Below, one piece after another: positions 20,469 to 30,385 of a DNA stretch of 64,000 bases. Source of the DNA: Vulcanimicrobiota bacterium. Lineage in GTDB: Bacteria; Vulcanimicrobiota; Vulcanimicrobiia; Vulcanimicrobiales; Vulcanimicrobiaceae. The position numbers and the translations under genes were made by a program. The stretch lies in contig OY970223.1 in assembly GCA_963714015.1 (NCBI GenBank), forward strand, positions 2,528,001 through 2,592,000, in the 5' to 3' direction. Numbering within the stretch: position 1 is the first letter of the stretch; every line of letters starts with the position of its first letter. The notes beneath the pieces were generated by a model. It saw nothing but the letters and a program-made list of their open reading frames with translations, was not told where the DNA came from and did no database searches.

Positions 20469-21317
20469 GTGTCCAAAGCGCAAGATCGCCTCGCCGTCCG
20501 CAAGATGTACAAATTGTACGTCAACGGTGCGTTCGTGCGATCGGAATCCGGCCGAAGCGATCCGATCTGGGACGGCAAAGAATTCGGCGCGAACGTCGCG
20601 CGCGGTTCGCGTAAAGACGTACGCGACGCGGTCGTAGCAGCGCGCGCCGCACAATCCAAATGGTGGAGTCTGGCGCCCGGGAATCGCGGGCTAATTCTCT
20701 ATCGGCTGGCGGAGATGATGGAAGCGCGTCGCGCGGAGCTCGTCGAGCACACCGGCGACGAGGCGGAAGTCGGCGCGGCGATCGATCGAACGCTTTGGTA
20801 TGCCGGTTGGTGCGACAAATATAACGCGCTGCTCTCGTCACGCAATCCGGTCGGCGGACCGCACTTCAACTTTTCCACCGCGGAACCCATGGGCGTCGTC
20901 GGCATTCTTGCGCCCGACGAGCCGGCGCTGCTGGGACTGGTTTCCGTTCTGCTGCCGCCAATCGTCGCCGGTAACGCGGTCGTGCTGGTACCCTCGGAGA
21001 AGGATCCGCGTACCGGGATAGTTTTTGCCGAAGCGCTTGCAACGAGCGACATGCCGGCGGGCGTTGCCAACGTCATTAGCGGTTATCGCAACGAACTGGG
21101 GCCGGTGCTCGCGCGGCACATGGACGTGAATGCAATCGCCTTCATCGACGGCGATGCCAACGCGGAACTGCAATCATTCGCCGCCGACAACGTCAAGCGC
21201 ACGCGCGTTTTGCCGCGGCGTTCGCGCCGGGAGTATTTCGCGGACAACGCTCAAAGTCTGGACGAGATCGCCGCGTACAGCGAGATCAAGACGATTTGGC
21301 ATCCGGCGGGTATTTGA
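20469..21317 (+). CDS. Short (~282 aa) aldehyde-dehydrogenase-like protein
   Basis: 'KMYKLYVNGAFVRSESGRS', 'WYAGWCDK', 'EPMGVVG', 'EIKTIWHPAG'; no LELGGK or catalytic Cys region. Confidence 0.85.
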   Translation: MSKAQDRLAVRKMYKLYVNGAFVRSESGRSDPIWDGKEFGANVARGSRKDVRDAVVAARAAQSKWWSLAPGNRGLILYRLAEMMEARRAELVEHTGDEAEVGAAIDRTLWYAGWCDKYNALLSSRNPVGGPHFNFSTAEPMGVVGILAPDEPALLGLVSVLLPPIVAGNAVVLVPSEKDPRTGIVFAEALATSDMPAGVANVISGYRNELGPVLARHMDVNAIAFIDGDANAELQSFAADNVKRTRVLPRRSRREYFADNAQSLDEIAAYSEIKTIWHPAGI

Positions 21318-21517
21318 ACGAAGAGCTCGTTCGTTGCGAGATCGCGCGCTACTGCCCGTTCTGATGGAACGCCATGGGCTCTCGGCAGCCGGACCAGACC
21401 TCGAGACCCCTTTCAATTTGACCGATTTGGCGGAGGAGGCGGCCCGAATTGCATATTTTGGTAAAGTCGTGATTTCAGGGTAGGGCAGACAGGGGGGCGG
21501 CGACTAAAGGGCTCGCG

Positions 21518-22342
21518 GTGAGCTATCGCCTCGTGCCGATGCATCAACGCCTGGCAAATGCGTTGAACTACGGAGAGTTCAAGGTTTTCTATCAGCCCGT
21601 GGTATCGATCCGCGACGGAGAGATCTTGGGACTCGAAGCCTTGTGTCGCTGGCCGCAACGCGATCAAACTTACGCGGTGCCCGAGACGTTCATCGCGCAA
21701 GCCGAGAGTTCGGGCTTCATCATTCAACTCGGCGACTGGGTAATGCGCACAGCGGCCGAACAGGTCTCGCGCTGGCAGAAACTCTTCAAACGCCGCATCC
21801 GCTTGGCGGTCAATCTCTCCGCCAGGCAATTCCACCACTACAACTTGGTGCGGCAAGTCGAGGATACGCTCAAAAGCACCGGTTTGAGTGCCGTCGATTT
21901 GGAGTTCGAGATCACCGAAACGATCGCGATGCACAACGCCGAAGAGAGCGTCGGCGTTATGCGGCAGCTCAAGGCGCTCGGCATCGGTCTCTCACTCGAC
22001 GACTTCGGCACCGGTTACTCCTCGCTCAGCTATCTGAAGCGCTTTCCGATCGACGTTTTGAAGATCGACAAGTCGTTCGTGCGGGACATCCCTGAGGATG
22101 CCAACGATCTCGCCATCGTTTCCGCAATCATCGCGATGGCGCACGCGCTCGGATTGAAAGTGATCGCGGAAGGCGTCGAAACCGCGCCGCAATGGCATTT
22201 TCTGCGCGACTGCGGCACGCAAATGGGTCAGGGCTATTTCTTCGCTCGCCCGCTCCCCGCGCCGGAGGTCGAAACACTCCTGGCCCGCGGCACATCCTTG
22301 CCGGCCGACGCCGCTCCAGGCATTTCCTCAGTGTCCGCCTAA
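21518..22342 (+). CDS. EAL-domain c-di-GMP phosphodiesterase
   Basis: 'YQP', 'EAL', 'EITE', 'DDFGTGYSSL', 'KIDKSF', 'EGVE', 'QGY'. Confidence 0.92.
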   Translation: MSYRLVPMHQRLANALNYGEFKVFYQPVVSIRDGEILGLEALCRWPQRDQTYAVPETFIAQAESSGFIIQLGDWVMRTAAEQVSRWQKLFKRRIRLAVNLSARQFHHYNLVRQVEDTLKSTGLSAVDLEFEITETIAMHNAEESVGVMRQLKALGIGLSLDDFGTGYSSLSYLKRFPIDVLKIDKSFVRDIPEDANDLAIVSAIIAMAHALGLKVIAEGVETAPQWHFLRDCGTQMGQGYFFARPLPAPEVETLLARGTSLPADAAPGISSVSA

Positions 22343-22375
22343 TCGTCGCCCCTGACCGGACCCCGGGTTCCTTGC

Positions 22376-22463
22376 GGAGAGGTGGCAGAGTGGTCGAATG
22401 CACTCGCTTGGAAAGCGAGCAGAGGTGTTGAGCCTCTCGGGAGTTCGAATCTCCCCCTCTCCG
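22376..22463 (+). tRNA. tRNA-Ser (anticodon GGA)
   Basis: GGAGAGG/CCTCTCC acceptor stem, CTCGC-TTGGAAA-GCGAG anticodon arm, long variable arm, GTTCGAATC T-loop; CCA not encoded. Confidence 0.95.
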
Positions 22464-22468
22464 AATGA

Positions 22469-22745
22469 ACGCGTGGACAAGGCGAGAACTCCCGAGAGGC
22501 TCAACAAGGCTTTAAACGTCGCTGATGCCGGCTGCGAAGCAGACGACATCAGCCTCTCGGGAGTTCGAATCTCCCCCTCTCCGAATGAACGAAAGACCGG
22601 CCCTCTATGGCCGGTCTTTCGTTAATCACGCGTGGACAAAGCGAGAACTCCCGAGAGGCTCAACAAGGCTTTAAACGTCGCTGATGCCGGCTGCGAAGCA
22701 GACGACATCAGCCTCTCGGGACTTCGAATCTCCCCCTTCCGAATG
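22469..22745 (+). repeat. Two ~120-bp tRNA-linked direct repeats (about 22469-22588 and 22628-22745), each ending in a copy of the tRNA-Ser 3' part
   Basis: Near-identical units acgcgtggacaa...agcctctcgggagttcgaatctccccc(t)ctccgaatg; each also carries the reverse complement of tRNA bases 22426-22446. Confidence 0.93.
22588..22623 (+). terminator. Intrinsic terminator-like hairpin between the two repeats
   Basis: aacgaaagaccggcc-ctctat-ggccggtctttcgtt perfect stem. Confidence 0.8.
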
Positions 22746-22891
22746 TTGCCGCATTATGGCGAGCAGCACATGCCCAAACCGGTTGTTCACCTGCTCGACC
22801 ACCAATCTGACGCCTCGCCGGGAACGTCTTTGCCGCGTTACGCGTTTAGTAGCAATAGATAGCATGTACGCCGGACGCTCGGCAGGTCGGA

Positions 22892-23662
22892 ATGGCGAAA
22901 ATACTCATACAGACGACGCTTACCACAGCGGATAAAGACGCGCGGGCGAATCAGTTCAAACAATTGGTTCGAGTATTGGAATGCGAAGGCCATGAAGTGA
23001 TCGCGCGCGATCGCGATCCCCAGCCCGACGGCAGCGATCCGGTGATCTCGGCGCTTGCCGAATCCGATTTCGACGAACTCTGGCTGATTGCGGCAGATCG
23101 CGCAAACGGTCTGTCCCCGAAAGACGTTCGCGGAATTCTGCGTTTTCGCGAACGTGGCGGCGGCGTGCTGACCGCCCGCGATCACGAGAACATCGGTACC
23201 TCGCTGCTGAATTTAGGTATGCTGGGCGCCGTAAACCACTTTCACGCCTACAACCGCGAGCGCGGCCGCCGTCCGGTGCGTCATTCAGGATATCGCGGAG
23301 AGTATCAGCGCATCGTCCCGCTCGAACCGGTGCATGAAGTGCTGCGCAGCGCAAACTCGCCGACCGGCATCATCGAGTATTTTCCGGCCTATCCGAATGA
23401 AGGTGCGATTTCGGTTCCACGTCACGCGCCGTACGCGCGCGCCATTGCGGCTTCTTCCGGGTCCGGTGACGGAAAAACGTTCAACGTCGCCATCACGATC
23501 GAAAATGAACCGATCGACGGCGGACAGAGGTGCGGCCGCGCGATTGCCGTTTCGAGCCTGCACTACTTGACTGATGCCGACTGGTCATCGGCCAAGGACC
23601 GCAATCGCTTAGAGATCTACAAAGACTACGTGCGCAACATCGCGCGCTGGCTCGCGCCGTAG
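22892..23662 (+). CDS. Conserved hypothetical protein (possible class I glutamine amidotransferase-like fold)
   Basis: 256 aa; 'FDELWLIA' and 'RERGGGVLTARDH'. Confidence 0.65.
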   Translation: MAKILIQTTLTTADKDARANQFKQLVRVLECEGHEVIARDRDPQPDGSDPVISALAESDFDELWLIAADRANGLSPKDVRGILRFRERGGGVLTARDHENIGTSLLNLGMLGAVNHFHAYNRERGRRPVRHSGYRGEYQRIVPLEPVHEVLRSANSPTGIIEYFPAYPNEGAISVPRHAPYARAIAASSGSGDGKTFNVAITIENEPIDGGQRCGRAIAVSSLHYLTDADWSSAKDRNRLEIYKDYVRNIARWLAP

Positions 23663-23663
23663 T

Positions 23664-24410
23664 CTACGACTCGGAAAATTCCTCGACTGCCGCCTGCGCA
23701 TGAGCGAGCCAAAAGTCGAATGACGCGCGCGCTTGCGCTTCCAGCATCAAATCGCCTTTGACGATCTCGCGATGAATCTGATGGTGCAGCGTCGAGCGTT
23801 CCCCGTAGTTCGTGTCCATCACGATGTCCGCGGCCAAAACCCCCGCGGCCACGTCATCGGGTAACTTGAGGTTGGGCGGCAACGTCGAGATCACGATCTC
23901 CGGCGCGGTCACCGGCCAGGGTTTGGCTTCATAACGCTCGCAGATCCGGGCGACCTTTTGCGCGTCCCGGCCCCAAACGAACGTGTAGGCATCCGTAACC
24001 CGCAAATGTGAGAGGATTGCGCGCGCCGTCGGGCCGGTGCCGAGCACCGCGACGCGTTCGAGCGCGACCGGCTGTCCGAGCAACGCCTCCAATGCACTTG
24101 CGGCGCCGATGCCGTCCGTGTTCGTTCCGAGAACCGTTCGCCCGAAGAAAATCGTATTGACCGCCTGCGCCAGTTCCGCTTCTTCATCGAGCTCGTCGCA
24201 GGCTGCGAGCACTTCTTCTTTCAGCGGCGTGGTAACGTTGATTCCGGTATAGTCGTCCATTCGCATACGGCGCACGACGTCGAGGCCGTTTCCACGCGGT
24301 ACGCGAATCGCGACATAGCTTCCGTCGATGCCGGCTTCTTCCAGAAAATGACGGTGAAGCCGCGGGCTGCGGCTGTGCGCGACCGGGTCGCCGATGACGG
24401 CGAGCTTCAT
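23664..24410 (-). CDS. aroE: Shikimate dehydrogenase
   Basis: 'VIGDPVAHSRSP', 'NVTTPLK', 'AVNT', 'NTDG', 'MLEAQA'; ATGA overlap with the upstream gene. Confidence 0.92.
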   Translation of the reverse strand: MKLAVIGDPVAHSRSPRLHRHFLEEAGIDGSYVAIRVPRGNGLDVVRRMRMDDYTGINVTTPLKEEVLAACDELDEEAELAQAVNTIFFGRTVLGTNTDGIGAASALEALLGQPVALERVAVLGTGPTARAILSHLRVTDAYTFVWGRDAQKVARICERYEAKPWPVTAPEIVISTLPPNLKLPDDVAAGVLAADIVMDTNYGERSTLHHQIHREIVKGDLMLEAQARASFDFWLAHAQAAVEEFSES

Positions 24411-24895
24411 CGCCGGCGCCGTTCCGGCAGCATCACGCGTTCGAAGAACCGGAACATCATGGTTATCGGAAAATCCTTGCTTTCGATCGGCTCGGTAAGT
24501 ATCGTGTACAACCCGCCGCAAAGTTTTGCGCCCAGAACGTCCGTGAAGAGCTGATCGCCCACAACCGCTACCTGCTTTCGCCGCATCTGCAAATGGTGAA
24601 GCGCCCGTAAAAAGCCGAACGGCAGCGGTTTGAGCGCATTGGGAATGCACTCGATTCTCAATTGCCGCGCAATACCGCGCACCCGCTCGCTGAAATTATT
24701 GGAGACCATCACCATTGAGAAGCCTCGCTCGTGGGCCTCTTCTACCCAAGCCAGATGCTCGGCAGCCAGTTCGGTCTCCCGGAAACCCAGCAGCGTGTTG
24801 TCCAGATCGATGATCAGCCCGCGAATTCCCAGGGCCTCGAGCTCGGCCAATGAGATGTCATGCAGGCGCGGCGCAAATCGGTCGGGTCCAAGCAT
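24407..24895 (-). CDS. yqeG: YqeG-family HAD IIIA phosphatase
   Basis: 'DLDNTL', 'VSNN', 'ALKP', 'VGDQLFTDVLG'. Confidence 0.88.
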   Translation of the reverse strand: MLGPDRFAPRLHDISLAELEALGIRGLIIDLDNTLLGFRETELAAEHLAWVEEAHERGFSMVMVSNNFSERVRGIARQLRIECIPNALKPLPFGFLRALHHLQMRRKQVAVVGDQLFTDVLGAKLCGGLYTILTEPIESKDFPITMMFRFFERVMLPERRRR

Positions 24896-25039
24896 TCAAG
24901 TAGCGTTTGCGGGAACTTCTCCCCACTATCCTCGGAAGTTTCCACAACGAGCCCACCCAGCTGACACGCTATCCACCCTTTATTTTTAACCGCCCACAAC
25001 TAATTGCGCATTCTGGACAGCTTCCTCACAAGGACCGAG

Positions 25040-25055
25040 GCCCCATATCTTGTAT
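25040..25055. promoter_or_regulatory. Putative NrdR box
   Basis: gccCcATATcTtGtat resembles the NrdR consensus acaCwAtATaTwGtgt and lies about 125 bp upstream of nrdJ. Confidence 0.6.
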
Positions 25056-25180
25056 GTCGGATATTCCAGTAGTACAATTTATGGGCATCCCCAGCGGAGC
25101 CCCGGGTACTATCGAACAGGTGTTCGATGCATCGCTCTAGAAGTGAACGGGTCCTCCACCCATCGGAGGAAGGAGCCTCA

Positions 25181-28100
25181 ATGAAATTCCGCCGCACCTA
25201 CTCTGCTCCCGGCGATCCCTACGCCGGCCTCACGTTCGAACCCCGCACGTCGCGCATCGTCAACCCGGACGGATCGGTAATTTTTGAGGCCAAAGACGTG
25301 ATGGTCCCGGCCGGCTGGAGTCAAGTCGCCGTGGACGTCCTCGCGCAAAAATACTGCCGTAAAGCAGGCGTGCCCAAGGCGCTCAACCGGGTGCCCGAAG
25401 ACGGCGTGCCGGAGTGGCTGTGGCGCTGCGAACCTGCAAACTCCGAATTCGGCGCAGAGCGCGATGCGCGCCAGGTTTTCAATCGCATGGCGGGCTGCTG
25501 GACGTATTGGGGATTCAAAAACGGATATTTCGACACCGAAGAAGATGCGCGCGTCTACCACGACGAGATGTGTGCGATGCTGGCGCGCCAGATCGGCGCA
25601 CCGAATTCGCCTCAATGGTTTAACAGCGGTTTGCATTGGGCGTACGGCATCGCCGGTCCGTCTCAGGGTCACTATTACGTAGATCCGAAGACCGGCGAAT
25701 GCAAAGCTTCGACCAGCACCTACGAGCATCCGCAGGTAAGCGCGTGTTACATCCTTTCGATTGAAGACGATCTCGTGAACGAGGGCGGAATCTTCGACGG
25801 AGTCATTCGCGAGGCGCGCATCTTTAAAGGCGGCTCCGGCAGCGGCGCCAACTTCTCGAAGATTCGCAGCGCCGGCGAGAAACTCAGCGGCGGCGGGACG
25901 AGTTCCGGCCTCATGTCGTTCCTGAAAGTTTTCGATCGCGCCGCCGGCGCCATCAAATCCGGCGGCACTACGCGACGCGCCGCCAAGATGGTCGTGCTCA
26001 ACGCCGATCATCCGGACATCGAAGAGTTCGTCAACTGGAAAGTACGCGAAGAGCGCAAGGTGGCCGACCTCGTCATCGGCTCGAAGATTTTCGAGAAACA
26101 AGTTAACGCAATTATTCGCGCCGCGCACGACACGCGCGTGCCCGAGCAAGCGCGTCTGGACGCGGAGTTGAATCCACACTTGCGCGATGCGATGCGCAAA
26201 GCGCTCGTCACGGGCGTGCCCTCCGGCGCAATTCAAAGTGCGCTGGACTACGCGCGTCAAGGATACACGTCACTGGAGATAGAGCAGTACGACACCGGCT
26301 GGGATTCCGAAGCTTACGCGACCGTAGCGGGTCAGAATTCGAACAACTCCGTGCGCCTGACGAACGCGTTTTTCGACGCCATCGGCAGCGACGCGGATTG
26401 GGATCTCACGTCCCGCACGACCGGCCGCGTCGTCAAGAAAATCAAAGCACGAGACCTTTGGGATCAGATCGGCGTCGCCGCCTGGCAATGCGCCGATCCC
26501 GGCCTGCAATTCGACGATACGCTGCAAGAATGGCACACGTGCTCGAACGACGATCGCATCAACGCGACAAATCCCTGTAGCGAATACTGCTTCATCGACG
26601 ATACGGCATGCAATCTCGCATCGCTGAATCTCGTGAAGTTCCTCGAGGACGACGGCGTTTTCAATGCGAAGCGCTTCGCGGAAGCATCGCGGTTTTGGAC
26701 GACGACTCTCGAGATTTCCGTCACCATGGGGCAGATGCCGTCCAAAGCGATTGCGCAAAAGAATCATAAGTACCGGACGTTGGGCCTGGGTTACGCGAAC
26801 CTGGGAACGCTGTTAATGCGTTTGGGTCTGCCGTACGATTCGGAGGAAGCCTTCGGCTGGTGCGCGGCCATCTCGGCGCTCATGACCGGCACTGCGTATC
26901 GCACCTCCGCGGAAATGGCGCAGCAAATCGGGCCGTTCGCTCGTTTCGAGCAAAATGCGTCTTCTATGCTTCGCGTCATTCGCAACCATCGCCGTGCCGC
27001 GTACGACGCCGCCTCGGATGAGTACGAAGCCCTCACGGTCAAACCCGTAACACACGCTCCTTCACTTTTCACGCAAGAAGTTTGGTCCATGGCGCGCAAA
27101 ATGTGGGACGAAGCGCTTGCTATGGGCGAGGTCAGTGGTTATCGCAATGCCCAAACGGTCGTGATCGCTCCGACTGGAACCATAGCTTTGGAAATGGACT
27201 GCGACACAACGGGCATCGAACCTGACTTCGCTCTCGTCAAGTTCAAGAAGCTCGCCGGCGGCGGTTATTTCAAGATCGTCAATCAGTCCGTCGAATCCGC
27301 GCTACGGCGCCTCGGTTACAGTGAGCATCAGATCGAGGAAATCGAGACCTTCGCAAAAGGTACGGGTTGCCTGGAGGGAGCACCCCACGTCAACACGGCG
27401 ACGCTGAAAGCGAAAGGCTTTGACAATGAAGCCATCGCGCGCATCGAAGCGGCGTTACCCGGCGCCTTCGAGCTACCGTTTGCGTTCAACAAATACGTGC
27501 TCGGCGAGGGCTTCTGCAAAGAACACCTCGGCTTAACCGACGATCAGCTCGGCGACTGGAACTTCTCGATCTTGCGCGACGGCCTAGGCTTCTCGCAACA
27601 GCAAATCGAGGAAGCATCAGATGTCATCTGCGGTCGCATGACGCTCGAAGGCGCGCCGTATCTGAAGGATGAGCATCTGCCGGTCTTCGACTGCGCGACG
27701 GCCTGCGGTAAGCACGGTTCGCGCTACATTCGGCCGCTTGCGCACGTAGACATGATGGCCGCGGCTCAGCCCTTCGTCAGTGGCGCAATTTCCAAGACGA
27801 TCAATCTGCCGCAGCATGCGACAATCATGGACGTCAAGGAAGCCTACCGCTACGCCTGGGAACGGATGATCAAAGCCGTCGCGCTGTATCGCGACGGGTC
27901 CAAACTCTCGCAGCCGCTCGCGGCAACGTACGATTTGGGCGGCGACGTTCAGGAAGAGGAGCCCGTTCAGACGCCGTACCAGACGCCGATGCAAGTCGCG
28001 GAGCGGATCATCTACCGCTACATCGCCAAACGCCGGCGTCTGCCGGAGCGCCGCAGCGGATATACGCAGAAGGCGATCATCGGCGGACACAAAGTCTACC

Positions 28101-28769
28101 TACGGACGGGAGAATACGACGGCGGCCAAATCGGCGAGATTTTCATCGACATGCACAAGGAAGGTGCGGCGTTCCGATCGCTAATGAACAATTTCGCGAT
28201 TGCCGTCTCGCTCGGGTTGCAGCACGGTGTTCCGCTCGAGGAGTTCGTCGAAGCGTTCACCTTCACGCGGTTTGAGCCGAACGGTCCGGTCGTCGGTCAC
28301 GATCACATCAAGATGGCGACGTCGATCCTCGACTACATCTTCCGTGAACTCGCGGTGAGCTATCTCGGCCGCTACGATCTGGCGCACGTTCAGCCGAGCA
28401 TGGAGATGGACGCGATGGGCCCCGGCGAGGAAGAGTTCGTCTCCGAAGAAACCGGCGAAGTCCATTACATCCCGGCCGGCATTCGCGAGAAGCTGCATCC
28501 CACCAGCACGCACTTGCACCCGGGCGCGCAAGTGCAGAATTCGGCCGTCGCTCCCGCCGTCGAGGAACGCCGGCAAGAACGGCGCGATCCTGCACCGGCG
28601 TCAGCCGCCACGGGCGTCGCTACTGCTCCCCGATCGGAGCAAATCACGGCCTCTCGCGCCAAGGGTTACACCGGAAACGCGTGCAGCGAGTGCGGACAAT
28701 TGACCATGGTTCGCAACGGCGCTTGCGAGAAGTGCGACAGACTGCGGAGCCACATCGGGGTGTAGTTGA
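25181..28769 (+). CDS. nrdJ: Adenosylcobalamin-dependent class II ribonucleotide reductase (one extra base near 28741)
   Basis: 'PNSPQWFN', 'SACYI', 'TNPCSEY', 'IAPTGTI', 'ISKTIN'; the C-terminal CxxC...[14 protein letters not shown] is restored by removing one base. Confidence 0.96.
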
Positions 28770-28944
28770 AAAGGTCCGGTATTTCATCTAATGTTACAAT
28801 TCGGCTCGCGGGAGTGGTGCTCGTGAGCCGCTGAAAACAAAGGGCGATCGACGAATGTCGGTTACCCTTTGGCGTTCAGCCTAAAGGTTTTCCCGGATTT
28901 GCGTAACGCAAGGAGTTACGTTCGTAGCGTTTAACGTTACGCCC

Positions 28945-30043
28945 ATGGATGGAGCATTATCGCTACCTGCCGGTGCCCGCGTCGTGCTGCCTGCCGATGT
29001 CGCCTTCCTCGACCCCGAAGAGCATATCTTCGCCGCGATGCTGGAGGGATGGAGACGACAACAGCAGAGTCGAGCCCTTCGAAAGGACACGATAACGGGG
29101 CGCCTCAAAGTGATCGCGAGATTTCACGCATTCACGGATCGATATCGGTGGCAGTGGACTGCGCAGGACGCCGTTGATTTTGGCGCGGATCTCTCGGGCA
29201 GAGTCGCTCTAAGCACGCTGCGGCAATATCAATGCGCGGGCCGACTTTTTTCCGATTATATTACTGATCCGCGCTATGAGTGGGTCGAAGAGTGTACGCG
29301 GCGCTTTGGGGCAGCGCCGATCCAGATCTGGGACGAATGGAACACGGCAGCCCATACAAGTGAATTCGAAGGTCTCCCTGCCCGCCGCCCGTTGACCTTT
29401 GAGGAAATCCAACACCTCTTCGATTACGCGGATTCTCGTTTTGCGAAGATTCGAGCTGACCGAAAAAGGGATCCCTGTCAGCGTTCCGAGACGCAGTCAT
29501 GTTCAAAGTTGCGTATGCTTATGGGCTGCGCCGACGCGAGGCGTGCCGACTGGATTTGGCAGACTTTCGAGCCAATCCGACAATGAAACGCTTCGGCCGC
29601 TTCGGCGCTCTGCACGTGCGCTATGGCAAAGGCGTAAAAGGAAGCCCTCCGCGCCGACGAGTTGTCCTTACGGTGCCGCAATTCGGCTGGATCGTCGACG
29701 TCATCGAGCAATATTTGCATGAGATTAGACCGCAGCTTGATCCCGGTGGCCATCCCGGCCTTTTCGTCAGCGAGCGTCGCGGCTATGTGACTCCGAAGCG
29801 CCTTGGAGAACGTTTTACGCAGCTTATCAAGGCTGCGAAACTGAGCGACGAACTTGAACTACATTGCTTGAGACATAGTGCTATTCTACGCATCTGGCGG
29901 AATATGGTTACGATCCGCTGTTCATACAGCACCAGCTCGGCCACACCTACGCCTCGACAACATCAATCTATACGCATGTTAGCAGCGATTTCAAGAATCG
30001 GCAAATCGTCAAAGCTCTCGAACGTCTCTACAAGAACAACTGA
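28945..30043 (+). CDS. Tyrosine recombinase/integrase (frameshifts near 29466 and 29880)
   Basis: Reconstructed catalytic set: 'YGLRRRE' (R), 'YGKG' (K), 'HCLRHS' (HxxR), 'QLGH' and 'SIYTHV' (Y); stop tga at 30041-30043. Confidence 0.9.
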
Positions 30044-30049
30044 GCACCT

Positions 30050-30379
30050 ATGACTAAGAAAATGTCGGCTAACTGGAAACTACGGGACCGCCTGGAAGAA
30101 CGCTGCATTCATTCAACGGCGGATCTTGTTCCGCTGCTAGCGGAGCGCGGCATACACCTGTCTCGTATGCAAGTCTACCGTTTGGCGGCCCAGGAGCCGC
30201 AACGCATATCACTAGATGTCCTTGCAGCTCTTTGCGATGTTCTCGAGTGTACGCCCAACGATCTAATCTCCATTTCCGTCTCCAAGAAGCAACAGCGTAA
30301 GGCCGTCGGCGAAACTCGAGCGGTGCCAGGAAACATTCGGCCGATACGCGCTAACATCCGTAAGCCGCACGACGACTAA
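30050..30379 (+). CDS. Cro/C1-type helix-turn-helix protein
   Basis: 'WKLRDRL...LSRMQVYRLA...ISLDVLAALCDVLECTPNDLI'. Confidence 0.88.
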   Translation: MTKKMSANWKLRDRLEERCIHSTADLVPLLAERGIHLSRMQVYRLAAQEPQRISLDVLAALCDVLECTPNDLISISVSKKQQRKAVGETRAVPGNIRPIRANIRKPHDD

Positions 30380-30385
30380 AAGCCC

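Noticed and set aside
22431..22745. Possible CRISPR array (three ~40-bp repeats)
   Set aside because: The repeat is the tRNA 3' end, the intervening sequences are near-identical rather than unique spacers, and no cas genes are present.
25181..28769. Intein in nrdJ
   Set aside because: No C...HN-C/S/T splice junction or LAGLIDADG motif seen; the length fits large class II RNRs.
29461..29470. Programmed -1 frameshift in the integrase at cgAAAAAGGG
   Set aside because: A homopolymer error is more parsimonious given the many indels across the window and a second shift in the same gene.
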